This document shows positions 40,147 to 49,542 of a stretch of DNA of 64,000 nucleotides, one piece after another. Position numbers and translations under genes: made by a program. The notes under the pieces were generated by a model. It was not told the origin of the DNA and did no database searches. It was given only the letters and a program-made list of their open reading frames with translations. Source of the stretch: an uncultured Elusimicrobiaceae bacterium (GTDB lineage Bacteria; Elusimicrobiota; Elusimicrobia; Elusimicrobiales; UBA9959); assembly GCA_964415175.1 (NCBI GenBank), contig CAYPYG010000009.1, positions 13,377 to 77,376 of the forward strand. Direction: 5' to 3'. How positions within the stretch are numbered: the stretch's first letter is position 1; each line of letters starts with the position of its first letter.

Positions 40147-40195
40147 AACTGAATTATAGCAGGAATGGCGGAAATGTCCAGCGGGCGCCCCGGGC

Positions 40196-41338
40196 TCAGG
40201 GCGCTTTGACCGCGTCGAAGAGCCTGTCGAATTCGGCGCCGTAGACGCCGACATAGTACGGCTCCATGGTGAAGATCGTGTTCTCCGCGTTCTTGTCCTC
40301 GGCGGTGGCCGTCCAGTTGAAGGCGCCGTTTATCAGCAGCGTCCCGTCGAGTACGGCGAACTTGTTGTGCATCTGGCCGCGCTCGGTGCGGCCGGGGGAG
40401 AAGCGCAGGTCGAAACGGCTCTTCAGCGCGTCCTGGAAGAAGGGGAAGCTGGAGCCGGCGTTGTGCATCAGCCTGACGCTCACGCCGCGGTCCGCGGCGC
40501 GCACGAGGGCGGACATTATCGGCCCGGAGGTCAGCGTGAACATGGCCACCTTTATCTCGGACCCGGCGGCGTCTATGGCCTTTATTATGGCGGCTTCGGT
40601 GCCGCCGCGGGGGGAGAAGGTGTAGCGCGGAAGGTGAACCCCGTTGAAATCGAGCGAGGGGGAGGGGTCCGACGGCACGGGGCCGGGCGGCGGGGCCTGG
40701 GCGTCGGGACTGGAGACAAGCCGGGACTGGTTCCACATCCATTCGAAATTGGCCTGGTAGCCGGCTATGACGTACGGATCGTAGATGAAGAGCATGTTCT
40801 CGTAGCTGGCCGTCCCGGCGAAGGAGGTCCAGTTGGCCGAGCCGGTCTGGAGTCCGGCCCCGTCGAAGATGGCGTACTTGTTGTGCATCGCGCCGCTGCG
40901 GCCGCGGCCGCGCATGACGCGGACGTCCATGCCGGAATCCAGCAGGCGCTGTATGTCGGCGTTGCGCTTGGGAAAGACGTGCTTATCGTCCAGGACCACG
41001 CGGACCCTGACGCCGCGGTCGCGGGCGGCTATCATCGCGTCCACCGCTTCCGGCATCTGGAGATTGTAGAGCGCCACGTCCAGCGTGCCGCTCACGGCGT
41101 TCATGGCGCGCACCAGTACGGGGGCGATGGCGGTCTCCTCGGAGAAAAGGTGGAAAGGCAGGCCGGCGTGGTCGAAGCGGGCCTTCGGGAGGGCGGCGGG
41201 CGGCTCGCGCAGCGGGGAGAGGAGCGGGACGTCCGGCGCCGTCAGGGCGTCCAGCGCGAAACCGGCCGAGCGGGCCGGCAGGGATAAGAGGGAAAGATGG
41301 ACGAGGAGTATTAAGAACGAAAGGGCGGATCTGAGCAT
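40196..41338 (-). CDS. Secreted phospholipase D-family protein (two HKD motifs)
   Basis: MHNKYAIFD...TGSANW and MHNKFAVLD...NGAFNW; signal peptide; TACAAT 6 nt upstream of ATG 41338. Confidence 0.9.
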   Translation of the reverse strand: MLRSALSFLILLVHLSLLSLPARSAGFALDALTAPDVPLLSPLREPPAALPKARFDHAGLPFHLFSEETAIAPVLVRAMNAVSGTLDVALYNLQMPEAVDAMIAARDRGVRVRVVLDDKHVFPKRNADIQRLLDSGMDVRVMRGRGRSGAMHNKYAIFDGAGLQTGSANWTSFAGTASYENMLFIYDPYVIAGYQANFEWMWNQSRLVSSPDAQAPPPGPVPSDPSPSLDFNGVHLPRYTFSPRGGTEAAIIKAIDAAGSEIKVAMFTLTSGPIMSALVRAADRGVSVRLMHNAGSSFPFFQDALKSRFDLRFSPGRTERGQMHNKFAVLDGTLLINGAFNWTATAEDKNAENTIFTMEPYYVGVYGAEFDRLFDAVKAP

Positions 41339-41470
41339 ATATACATTGTATCCGCGCCCGGGCGCGTCCGTATCGGGCATAGGACCCGGGGCCCCGGCCT
41401 ATTTCGGCCTATGTCCCGGTGGGTCCATGGGCATATGACAGACGGCGCGCGCTTTACTATAATCAGAACG

Positions 41471-41944
41471 ATGGCGACGGCGAAGGACGGAATAGAGGTA
41501 GGGAAAGTGCGCAGGGAGGACGCCTCGTGGAAGAGAGCCTTCCGGGCGTTCTATGCCGACTGCCCGAGGCCGGACCGGACGGAATTGGATCACGCTTATT
41601 TCGCGGCCCGGGCCGGGAAGAAACTGGCCGGCCACAGCGAGATATACTTCGACCACGGACGCTGGGTGCTGGACGGGCTGCGGGTCGCGCCCGAGTTCAG
41701 GGAGAGGGGGGTGGCCAAACGCCTCACCGCCGCCCGCATCCTCTACGCCGCGGGCCGCGGCGCCAAAGAGGTCTGGTACGCCTGCGACGACGGGAACCTC
41801 GTCACCATCTGCTGCCACCTGCGCTTCGGCTTTAAGAAGGTCTGTCCCGCAGGCCACTCCTGCAACGCGGCCACGGCCCACTGGTACCGGCTTAAAGTGA
41901 CGAAGAAACTGTTAAAGGGCCTGGATTCCCTGGTCCCCGCCTGA
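41471..41944 (+). CDS. GNAT-family N-acetyltransferase
   Basis: LRVAPEFRERGVAKRL acetyl-CoA motif A; start at 41471 (TATAAT 7 nt upstream). Confidence 0.8.
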   Translation: MATAKDGIEVGKVRREDASWKRAFRAFYADCPRPDRTELDHAYFAARAGKKLAGHSEIYFDHGRWVLDGLRVAPEFRERGVAKRLTAARILYAAGRGAKEVWYACDDGNLVTICCHLRFGFKKVCPAGHSCNAATAHWYRLKVTKKLLKGLDSLVPA

Positions 41945-42979
41945 AGAAAGTTCCGCCGCCGGGTCACGGACGGTGGAATTGAGCAGCGCCAGCAGCATGG
42001 CCGCCACTATCGGTCCGAAGATCACTCCCAGTATCCCGAACATCCTTATCCCGGCGAAGATGGAGACCAGCGCCAGCAGCGGGTGCATGTCGCCGCGGCC
42101 TTTCATGACTATGGGCCTCACGATATTGTCCATCAGGCCGGCTATCACGGCCGCCACGGCCATGCCGGCCAGCGACAGCATGGAGCCCGCGAAATACAGG
42201 TAGACGGCCCCCGCCAGGCAGACCGGCATGCTGCCGAGTATCGGGATCCAGGAGAAGATGAAAGTGGCGCCGCCGGCCAGGAAGATGCCGGGAATATCCA
42301 GCAGCCAGAAGGCGGCCATCACCACCAGGGACTGGGCGGCGGCCGCGGCCGAAGTGGCCCAGACCGTGGAGGCGGCCGTGGCCCGGAACGAGGCCATCAG
42401 GCGCAGCCGCAGCTTCGCCTCCATGGGGACCCGGGCCGCCAGCCAGTTGACAAAAACGCTGCCTTCGACCAGCAGGAAGAACCAGGTGAGCATGGCCAGG
42501 GCGATCTTCAGGGCCATCTCCGGGAGGGCCGCCGCCTGCACCAGGATGACCTTGCTGAGCGCGCCGCCGGAGCTGGCCAGGAACTGCCGCCCCTTTTCCT
42601 GCAGTTCGGCGGGGTCCTGAACGGCCCAGCGCAGGGGCTTGAAAGAGAGCGCCATGTCGACGGCGGAGGCCAGGAAGCCCGAGCCCCTCTCGCCGGAGAG
42701 GTAATTGGCCAGCGCTATCCCCTGGTTTATGGCGGCCGCGGCGAAACCCACCAGCGGCGCGATTATGGCCAGCAGTATTATCAGCATCGAGAGCGAGGCG
42801 GCGGTCCTGGGGCCCGCTCCGCGGCCGGCGAAGAACTCGAAGAGAGGACGCGTCAGTATGGCCAGGAGGACGCCCATGAGCAGCGTCACGAGGTAGGGCC
42901 AGACCATGACGGTGAAGATGGAAAGGAACGCCAGTATGAGCACCGGCAGCGTGAAGGAAGAAGCCTTAACTTCGCTCAT
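41912..42979 (-). CDS. AI-2E (UPF0118/PerM) family transporter
   Basis: IPILGS, DNIVRPIVM, MHPLLALVSIFAG, GILGVIFGP motifs. Confidence 0.9.
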   Translation of the reverse strand: MSEVKASSFTLPVLILAFLSIFTVMVWPYLVTLLMGVLLAILTRPLFEFFAGRGAGPRTAASLSMLIILLAIIAPLVGFAAAAINQGIALANYLSGERGSGFLASAVDMALSFKPLRWAVQDPAELQEKGRQFLASSGGALSKVILVQAAALPEMALKIALAMLTWFFLLVEGSVFVNWLAARVPMEAKLRLRLMASFRATAASTVWATSAAAAAQSLVVMAAFWLLDIPGIFLAGGATFIFSWIPILGSMPVCLAGAVYLYFAGSMLSLAGMAVAAVIAGLMDNIVRPIVMKGRGDMHPLLALVSIFAGIRMFGILGVIFGPIVAAMLLALLNSTVRDPAAELSSGGDQGIQAL

Positions 42980-43523
42980 GCACCGTCTCCCCGGCCCCGG
43001 CGGGCCGTCCGTAGAAACCGAGTATCACTCCCAGCGCCAGGGACCAGACGGCGGCGAGCCCTATCCTGAAATCCTCCGGCAGCATGAAAGTGACCGTGTG
43101 CGCCGGCACCCAGAACCAGAGCAGGGAGAGCAGGGCCCTGTCGAGGCCGGCCCAGTTGCGGCGCCCGTCTATGCCGTTGTCTATCAATCTGTGCGCGATG
43201 ACCAGGAAAGGCCCGAACTGCAGGTTCATCGAAAGGGAGACCGCGAAGGCGAAAGCGAAGAGACCGAGCTGCGCGGGCAGGAGTCCCCTGGCGGAAAGCC
43301 CGGTTACGAAGGCGGTGAAGCCGGCGAAGGCGTATTTTATGCAGACCGCCAGCGCGGACCAGCCCAGCGCCTTCAGGAGCGCGACGCGCGCCGGGAAAGG
43401 GGCGAAGAAACGGCGTTCGTGGAGCCAGGCCGCCGCGGCCTCTCCCAGCGTGCCCAGCACCGCGAACTGGAGCGCCGCCGAGGCTAACGGCCAGGCCCTT
43501 ACGAAAGAGACGTAGGCGTCCAT
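42966..43523 (-). CDS. Membrane protein, Mpv17/PMP22-like
   Basis: Four or more TM segments with FWVPAHTVTFMLP...RIGLAAVWSLALG pattern. Confidence 0.6.
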   Translation of the reverse strand: MDAYVSFVRAWPLASAALQFAVLGTLGEAAAAWLHERRFFAPFPARVALLKALGWSALAVCIKYAFAGFTAFVTGLSARGLLPAQLGLFAFAFAVSLSMNLQFGPFLVIAHRLIDNGIDGRRNWAGLDRALLSLLWFWVPAHTVTFMLPEDFRIGLAAVWSLALGVILGFYGRPAGAGETVHERS

Positions 43524-43536
43524 ATGAGCGATTGTA

Positions 43537-43920
43537 TCAATTTGCGGGGGCCCCGGCCGCGGGGCCGAGCGGCCTCGCCGCCAGCAGGTCGACGCCGAGC
43601 CCGAGGAAGTCCTTCGCGACGGCCTGGCCGGTTTCGACGGGCGTTCCGACGACTATCCTCTTCACGGCGGCCATCGCGTCCATCAGCCGGCCCTTGGGGA
43701 TGGGTCCGGAGGTGCGCACGGGCAGCATCCGGAGTTCCAGCCCGCGGGTCAGGACGCAGGTGGTGAGGGTGCGCATGGGCGACTCCACCTCCTGCCTGGC
43801 GTACTTCTCGCCGCGCGGGCACTGGTGCCCGGCGACGGCCGAAACCTTCCACTCGTTCTCGAGCGTAACTTCCAGCGCGCAGCCGCGCGGGCATTCTATG
43901 CATGTCATGGTCCTCTTCAT
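43537..43920 (-). CDS. DUF1667-family protein (CxxC metal-binding)
   Basis: TCIECPRGC, GHQCPRGEKYARQE, PVRT, PVETG motifs; last gene of the flavoprotein operon. Confidence 0.85.
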   Translation of the reverse strand: MKRTMTCIECPRGCALEVTLENEWKVSAVAGHQCPRGEKYARQEVESPMRTLTTCVLTRGLELRMLPVRTSGPIPKGRLMDAMAAVKRIVVGTPVETGQAVAKDFLGLGVDLLAARPLGPAAGAPAN

Positions 43921-44897
43921 CGCCCGCCCCCGGCCAGGTACGCGGCCGCGGCCCTGCCGGCCAGCTCGCTGTCCCGGCTGACCCAGTCGACGAGATCGTA
44001 CACCTTGAAGGAGTTGCCGCAGGCGAAAACGCCCGGGATGGAAGTGCCGTTCAGTTCGGCGGAAACGGGCCCGTTCGTGCGCGGGTCGATCGCGGCGCCG
44101 GCCGCCTCCAGGAGTTCGTTCTCGGGGATAAGGCCGACCGAGACCAGCACGGTGTCGCAGGGGATGGTGAAGCCGGAGCCGGGCACCGCCGCGAACTTAT
44201 CGTCCACCTTTACCACGTCCACCGCCTCCACCCTGTCGCGTCCGCGTATAGCGGCGACCTTGTGCCGCATGTAGAGGGGAATGCCGAAATCCTCCAGGCA
44301 CTGCACCACGTTGCGCACCAGGCCCCTGGTCTTGTCCTGTATCTCGACGACCGCGCGCACCTTGACGCCTTCCAGCGCCATGCGCCGCGCCATGATCAGG
44401 CCTATGTCGCCCGAGCCGATCACGACCGCCTCGCGGCCAGGTATCCAGCCTTCCATGTTGACCATCTTCTGGGCCAGCCCGGCCGGGTAGACGCCGGCCG
44501 GGCGGGTGCCGGGGATAGGGATCATCTCGCGCGTGCGCTCGCGGCAGCCCGTGGCCATTATGACCGCGCGGGCCCGCACCTCCTCCAGCGCGCCCGGCTT
44601 GAGGTACGAGACCCGGCGCTCCGGGGTCAGCCCGACGACGAAGGATCGCAGGCTGACCTCTATTTCCGGCGCGGCGGCGGTCATTTTCGCGAACCTGTCG
44701 GCGTATTCCGGCCCCGTCAGCTCGGCCTTGAAGCGGTGCAGGCCGAAACCGGGGTGTATGCACTGGTTGAGTATGCCGCCCAGGTGCTGGTCGCGCTCGA
44801 GCAGGAGTATGTCGCGGACCCCGGCGTCGCGCGCGGCCAGGGCCGCGGCCATGCCGGCCGGGCCTCCGCCCACGACCACAAGGTCCCTGGTCTTCAT
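43917..44897 (-). CDS. NAD(P)/FAD-dependent oxidoreductase (pyridine nucleotide-disulfide family), partner of the GlpA-like protein
   Basis: GGGPAGMAAA, GGILNQCIHPGFG, LTGPEYA, ATGCRERTR, GSGDIGLIMARR, FACGN. Confidence 0.85.
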   Translation of the reverse strand: MKTRDLVVVGGGPAGMAAALAARDAGVRDILLLERDQHLGGILNQCIHPGFGLHRFKAELTGPEYADRFAKMTAAAPEIEVSLRSFVVGLTPERRVSYLKPGALEEVRARAVIMATGCRERTREMIPIPGTRPAGVYPAGLAQKMVNMEGWIPGREAVVIGSGDIGLIMARRMALEGVKVRAVVEIQDKTRGLVRNVVQCLEDFGIPLYMRHKVAAIRGRDRVEAVDVVKVDDKFAAVPGSGFTIPCDTVLVSVGLIPENELLEAAGAAIDPRTNGPVSAELNGTSIPGVFACGNSFKVYDLVDWVSRDSELAGRAAAAYLAGGGR

Positions 44898-44898
44898 G

Positions 44899-45024
44899 TC
44901 AGTTCAGGTACAGGTCGAACACGGCGCGGCCGCGCTTGACCGGCACGCCGAGCGCGGTCCGGAGGAGCCGCCTGTCCTTCTTCGCGGTGGGCCTCATGTA
45001 GATTATCTTCGGTGTTTCGGCCAT
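44899..45024 (-). CDS. Unannotated 41-aa basic small protein
   Basis: MAETPKIIYMRPTAKKDRRLLRTALGVPVKRGRAVFDLYLN*; AAAGGAAG SD; 1-nt gaps to both neighbours. Confidence 0.65.
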   Translation of the reverse strand: MAETPKIIYMRPTAKKDRRLLRTALGVPVKRGRAVFDLYLN

Positions 45025-45025
45025 A

Positions 45026-46459
45026 TTACTTCCTTTCGTCCTTTATTATCTCCGAGCCGGGCCCGCGCTTGGTTATCTCCGCGGCGGAGAGCCCGAGCTC
45101 CTCCTGCATTATCTTCATCAGCCTGGTGGTGCAGAAGCCGCCGTGGCAGCGGCCCGCCTGCGCGCGGGTGCGGAACTTGACGCCGTCGAGCGTGCGCGCG
45201 CCGCGCTTTATCGCGTCGCGCACCTCCCTGGCCGAGACCAGTTCGCAGCGGCAGACTATGTCGCCGTAGGCCGGGTCCTCTTCGATGAGTTCGCGCGTGC
45301 GCGGGAGGGGGACCTTGAAAAGGTGCACCGTTCTTTCCCGCAGGGGCCTGAAATCCCCTTTCGGCTCCAGGCGCAGGCCCCGCTCCGCCAGCAGGCCTTT
45401 GAGCATGAGCGCTATCGCCGGGGCGGCCGTAAGGCCGGGAGACTGGATGCCGGCGGCGCTGAAGAAGCCGGGAACCATTTCCTCGTGACGGACGACGAAA
45501 TCGTCGCCGGCCGCGGGCCGCAGGCCGGCAAAATAGGCGATGATGTCCGACTTGTTAACGGAGGGCATCAGCCGGCGGGCGCCTTCGAGCACCTCGTCGA
45601 GCCCCTCGTCCGTGGTGGAGAGGTCCTCCCGGTCGGCCGTATCGTGGGCGGTGGGGCCTATCATCGGGTTGCCGTCGGAGGTCTTGATCACCAGTATGCC
45701 CTTCGACTTGCCGGAGGGAAGGGGGAAGATTATGCGGTTGGCGATATGCTCACGCTTGCGGTCGAGGAGGTATTCCTCTCCCTTGCGGGGCCGTATCGGG
45801 TAAGGGGGAAGCCCGGCCAGCGCGGCCACGTCGTCGGCGTAAAGCCCGGCCGCGTTGACGACGAAACGGGCCTTATGGTTCTCCCCGCCGGCGGTCAGCG
45901 AAAATACGCGGTCCGCGCCGCGGCTTATGGAGGCGACGGGAGCGAGCGTTCGCAGGAGTACGCCGTTGCCGACGGCGTTCTCGACGAGGGCGTGCACGAA
46001 ACGGTAGGGGCTGATCATGCCCGCCGTGGGACAGTGCAGGGCCGCCGTCACTTCTCGGGAAAGGTTCGGCTCATTGGCGTCGAGCCAGGCGCGGTCCACG
46101 ATCGCCAGACCTTCGACCCCCATGGCCTCGCCTTCGGCCTTTATGGTCTCCAGCCGGGGCAGATCGCCGGGGCCGAAGGCGGCTATGAGCTGGCCGCAGC
46201 GGATGAAATCCAGACCCAGTTCCTCCGACAGCGGGCCGCTTATCAGGCGGTTGCCTTCCACGCAAAGCCTGGCCTTGAGCGTGCCGGGAGGGTTCTGCGT
46301 CCCGGCGTGCACGATGCCGCTGTTGGACTTGGAGACGCCGAAGGCCGGCTCCGCCTCTTTCTCTAGCAGGAGCAGCGAAAGCCTGTAGCGGGAGAGTTCG
46401 CGCGCGAGCGCGGCGCCGGTTATCCCGGCCCCTATTATGGCCACGTCATGGACTTTCAT
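45026..46459 (-). CDS. FAD-dependent oxidoreductase with C-terminal BFD-like [2Fe-2S] domain (GlpA/LhgO-like)
   Basis: GAGITG, SKSNSGIVHAG, NAAGLYAD, AGIQSPGLTAAPAI, IVCRCE, GRCHGGFC; start ATG 46459. Confidence 0.88.
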   Translation of the reverse strand: MKVHDVAIIGAGITGAALARELSRYRLSLLLLEKEAEPAFGVSKSNSGIVHAGTQNPPGTLKARLCVEGNRLISGPLSEELGLDFIRCGQLIAAFGPGDLPRLETIKAEGEAMGVEGLAIVDRAWLDANEPNLSREVTAALHCPTAGMISPYRFVHALVENAVGNGVLLRTLAPVASISRGADRVFSLTAGGENHKARFVVNAAGLYADDVAALAGLPPYPIRPRKGEEYLLDRKREHIANRIIFPLPSGKSKGILVIKTSDGNPMIGPTAHDTADREDLSTTDEGLDEVLEGARRLMPSVNKSDIIAYFAGLRPAAGDDFVVRHEEMVPGFFSAAGIQSPGLTAAPAIALMLKGLLAERGLRLEPKGDFRPLRERTVHLFKVPLPRTRELIEEDPAYGDIVCRCELVSAREVRDAIKRGARTLDGVKFRTRAQAGRCHGGFCTTRLMKIMQEELGLSAAEITKRGPGSEIIKDERK

Positions 46460-46500
46460 GCCGCGATATCTTATCAAACTTACGCGCCCGGGAATAATCC

Positions 46501-46530
46501 TTGAAAACGTTCCGTATTCATATATAGAAT
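46501..46530 (+). promoter_or_regulatory. Sigma70-type promoter of the TBDR operon
   Basis: TTGAAA 46501-46506 and TAGAAT 46525-46530 (18-bp spacer). Confidence 0.55.
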
Positions 46531-46629
46531 GGAAGTGCCGCCGACGGCGGCCTCCTCCGGGAGGTGATCGATAAATCTCAGTCCGGCCGGCCGCCCCGCG
46601 GCGCCGGAGACGGCACAAGGAGAGACGCG

Positions 46630-48660
46630 GTGAAAACTGGATATCTCTTCCGTTCCTTCCGGTCCTGCGCCGCGGCGCTGGTCCTGCTGGTCCCGCCTTG
46701 CGCGTCGGCCGCGGAGGCGCCGGAAGAGTTCTGGGACTTCATGAGCGAGGAAGCCTCCAGCCTGACGGTCGCTTCGCCCATCCCCGAAACGGTTTTCGAC
46801 AGCGTCTCCAATGTCGCCGTCATAGACCGCTCCGCCATAGAGCGGTATAACTTCGCCTCGGTCTCCGACGCCCTCAGGACGCTGCCCGGCATAGCGGTGA
46901 CCAGGACCTACCTTATGCGCTCTCTCCCGACCATACGGGGGGCACTGCAGGAGCATTACGCCAACAAGGTCCTCGTGATGATAAACAATGTCCCGATGTG
47001 GAACGCGGTGACCGGGGAAGGGGACCTCGACAGGGTGGACATCAACGCCGTCGAACGCATAGAGGTCCTGCGCGGACCGGCTTCCGTTCTTTACGGGTCG
47101 AACGCCCTTACCGGGGCGATCAACATAGTTCTGCGCGAGACCGCGGCGCCTTCGGGGGGCGGAGTCTGGGGAGGTCTCGGCACGGCGGCCGGCGGCTATG
47201 GCGGCAAACTCTCGCTCTCCAGGACCGGGGGGTTTTATTCCGGGAAGCGGGGGGACGGCTCTTTCACCGCAGCGGCCGGCTCCAGGAACGAGGAACAGCC
47301 CAGGACCTTCTTCACCGACGAGGACAGGAACGCCGCCCTGGCGCACGAGTACATACGGCCCCGCGGACTCTCGCTCGCCGCGCGGCGCGGAGGGACCTCG
47401 CTGCTCTTCAACGCCGCCTCCAGCGAGCAGAACTACCTGGGCAATTCGCTGGACCTGCCGAGCGGCGGGCTCTTCAGCGAGACGAAGGAGATGGCGGCGG
47501 CCGCCGCTTCCCACGAACTCCCCACGGACTGGGGCAGCCTGAAATTTTCCGCGGTCTACGACTGGCAGCGGCGCAATATCCCGCGCGACGCGGCGGGAGA
47601 CCTGCGTTCGGAGATAGAGGGTTCGCGGCTGAACGCCTCCGCGGTGGCCGTCGCGCGGCTGGGCGGGAACGGCCACCTGGAGGCCGGCGCCGCCCGCGAG
47701 TACCGGGAGGCGATGCGCTACCTCAACTATTTCAGCAAGACCGGGACCGCGGAATCGGACAACGGCCTGGCCGGCCGCTCGGGCGCCGAAACTTCCGCCC
47801 ACCTCCAGGCCGGCTATGAAAGCGGCCCCTGGCGCCTGCTGGCCGGCGGCCGCTACACGCGCGACAGCCGTTCCTGGGACAACATTTCGGCGAGGGCCTC
47901 GGCCGTCTACGGGTTCGACGGGCGCAAAAGCCTGAAACTCCTCTTCAGCCAGTCCTTCCGCGCTCCCACCCCTTTCGAGCAGTATTTCGAGCCCTCCACG
48001 GTCACGGTGCTGGGGAACCCCGCCCTGGAACCCGAACGGACGGAGACCTGGGAGCTCGCCTACCTGGTGTCCAGGGAGAGTCTGTTCGCCCACTTCACGG
48101 TCTACAGCGTGAAGTACAGGGATACGATCTTCCGCGATCTCGGCGATTTCACCCGGGACGGGGTAGCGTACTCCAACGTCAATCACTACGAGAACGCCCC
48201 GTCCTACGGCGCGGAGGGAGTGGAGATCCATCTGCGGCATACCGGCCGCCGCCTGCATTATTTCCTCTCGCTGGATATTTCCCGGGGCGACCGCGGGGAC
48301 GAAAGGGCCGTGCCCGCGCCCGGGGCGTTCGGGCTCGCGGGAGGGACGTCCTGGAACTACAAGTACGTACCGCAGTACGACTTCTCCGGAGGCCTCTACG
48401 GCGAACGGGGCCGTTTCTCGGCCTCCTGCGTGCTTAATTCCTGGGGCCCGACGCGCTCGCTGCGGGAGAGGATCCCCGCGCAGTTCTGGGCCGACCTGAA
48501 CCTGGGCTGGAGGTCCGGCCCCGGGCGGCACGCTCTCGCGGTCAGGAACATAGCCGGCAATGCCGTCGAGGTGCCGGAGTACGTGCGACTCAGGGTAGTG
48601 GAGAGGCTGCCGTTATACACGGGCAGGACGCTGGAGTACACTTTCAATTACCGTTTCTGA
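46630..48660 (+). CDS. TonB-dependent receptor
   Basis: GTG start after AAGGAG; plug motifs (DALRTLPGI, VLVMINNVP, IERIEVLRGPASVLYGSNALTGAINI); barrel ending YRF. Confidence 0.9.
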   Translation: MKTGYLFRSFRSCAAALVLLVPPCASAAEAPEEFWDFMSEEASSLTVASPIPETVFDSVSNVAVIDRSAIERYNFASVSDALRTLPGIAVTRTYLMRSLPTIRGALQEHYANKVLVMINNVPMWNAVTGEGDLDRVDINAVERIEVLRGPASVLYGSNALTGAINIVLRETAAPSGGGVWGGLGTAAGGYGGKLSLSRTGGFYSGKRGDGSFTAAAGSRNEEQPRTFFTDEDRNAALAHEYIRPRGLSLAARRGGTSLLFNAASSEQNYLGNSLDLPSGGLFSETKEMAAAAASHELPTDWGSLKFSAVYDWQRRNIPRDAAGDLRSEIEGSRLNASAVAVARLGGNGHLEAGAAREYREAMRYLNYFSKTGTAESDNGLAGRSGAETSAHLQAGYESGPWRLLAGGRYTRDSRSWDNISARASAVYGFDGRKSLKLLFSQSFRAPTPFEQYFEPSTVTVLGNPALEPERTETWELAYLVSRESLFAHFTVYSVKYRDTIFRDLGDFTRDGVAYSNVNHYENAPSYGAEGVEIHLRHTGRRLHYFLSLDISRGDRGDERAVPAPGAFGLAGGTSWNYKYVPQYDFSGGLYGERGRFSASCVLNSWGPTRSLRERIPAQFWADLNLGWRSGPGRHALAVRNIAGNAVEVPEYVRLRVVERLPLYTGRTLEYTFNYRF

Positions 48661-48663
48661 ACG

Positions 48664-49542
48664 ATGAAAACCCTTTCGCTATCGCTGCTGCAGGTCTTCT
48701 CCTGGTGCTCCGCGCCGGCCCAGGCCGCCCGCGACGAGCGGGTGATAGCCGTGCTGACCAGGGCGGAGAGCGTCTACATGGAGGCTTTTTCCGCCTTCCA
48801 GGCGGCCTACGGCTCGGAGATAAGGTATTACGATCTCTCCGAAGGGGCCCCTTCTTTGCCGAAGGAGGCGCGGACCATAGTCACTTTCGGCGGCAAAGCG
48901 GCCTCCTTCCGTTATCCGGAGGGCACGAAGGTGATCTACGCGATGGCCCCCGGTCTGCAATTATCCAGGACGCGCTATCCCGGCGCCGTAAAGATAAGCA
49001 TGCTCCCTCCCGTGGACCGGGTCCTCAAAAGACTGAGATCCATACAGCCGGGCATGAGGACCCTCGCGATATTCTGGACCGCCGACCGCTACGCTCCTCT
49101 GGTCGAGGAGGCCGGGCTCCGCGGAAGAGAGTACGGCGTTTCGGTCTACGCCGTGAGGATAAAGGCCCCCGGGGACCTGCCGGCCGCCATACGCGCGGAG
49201 AACGGCAGGATGGACGCCATCTGGCTGCCGCCGGACCCGCTGCTGCTGACCCCTTCGACGCTGCGCATATTCACCTCCTTCGCCTGGGGCAACGCGGTGC
49301 CTCTTTACGGCAGCACGAGAGGCATGACGCGGGAAGGCGCGGCCGCCTCGGTCGGAGTGACCGTCAAGGCCGTCGGGACGGCCGCGGCCGAAGCGGCAAG
49401 AAGGATCGAGGCGGGGGAGACCCTGCCGGACACGATCTATCCGGAAACCGAGGACCTGACGCTCAACGCCTCCTCCGCCAGGCGCTGCGGCCTCGGCTTC
49501 TCCCGCGAGCTGGTGGAAAGAGCGGAGTATCTTTTCCCATGA
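48664..49542 (+). CDS. Periplasmic substrate-binding-like protein (ABC_sub_bind type)
   Basis: Signal peptide; DAIWLPPDPLL, GAAASVG, LTLNASSARRCGL pattern; no permease or ATPase nearby. Confidence 0.7.
   Translation: MKTLSLSLLQVFSWCSAPAQAARDERVIAVLTRAESVYMEAFSAFQAAYGSEIRYYDLSEGAPSLPKEARTIVTFGGKAASFRYPEGTKVIYAMAPGLQLSRTRYPGAVKISMLPPVDRVLKRLRSIQPGMRTLAIFWTADRYAPLVEEAGLRGREYGVSVYAVRIKAPGDLPAAIRAENGRMDAIWLPPDPLLLTPSTLRIFTSFAWGNAVPLYGSTRGMTREGAAASVGVTVKAVGTAAAEAARRIEAGETLPDTIYPETEDLTLNASSARRCGLGFSRELVERAEYLFP

Noticed and set aside
46531-46629. Cobalamin or glycine riboswitch before the TonB receptor
   Set aside because: B12-box and glycine-aptamer core sequences are absent; kept only as a low-interest unknown structure.
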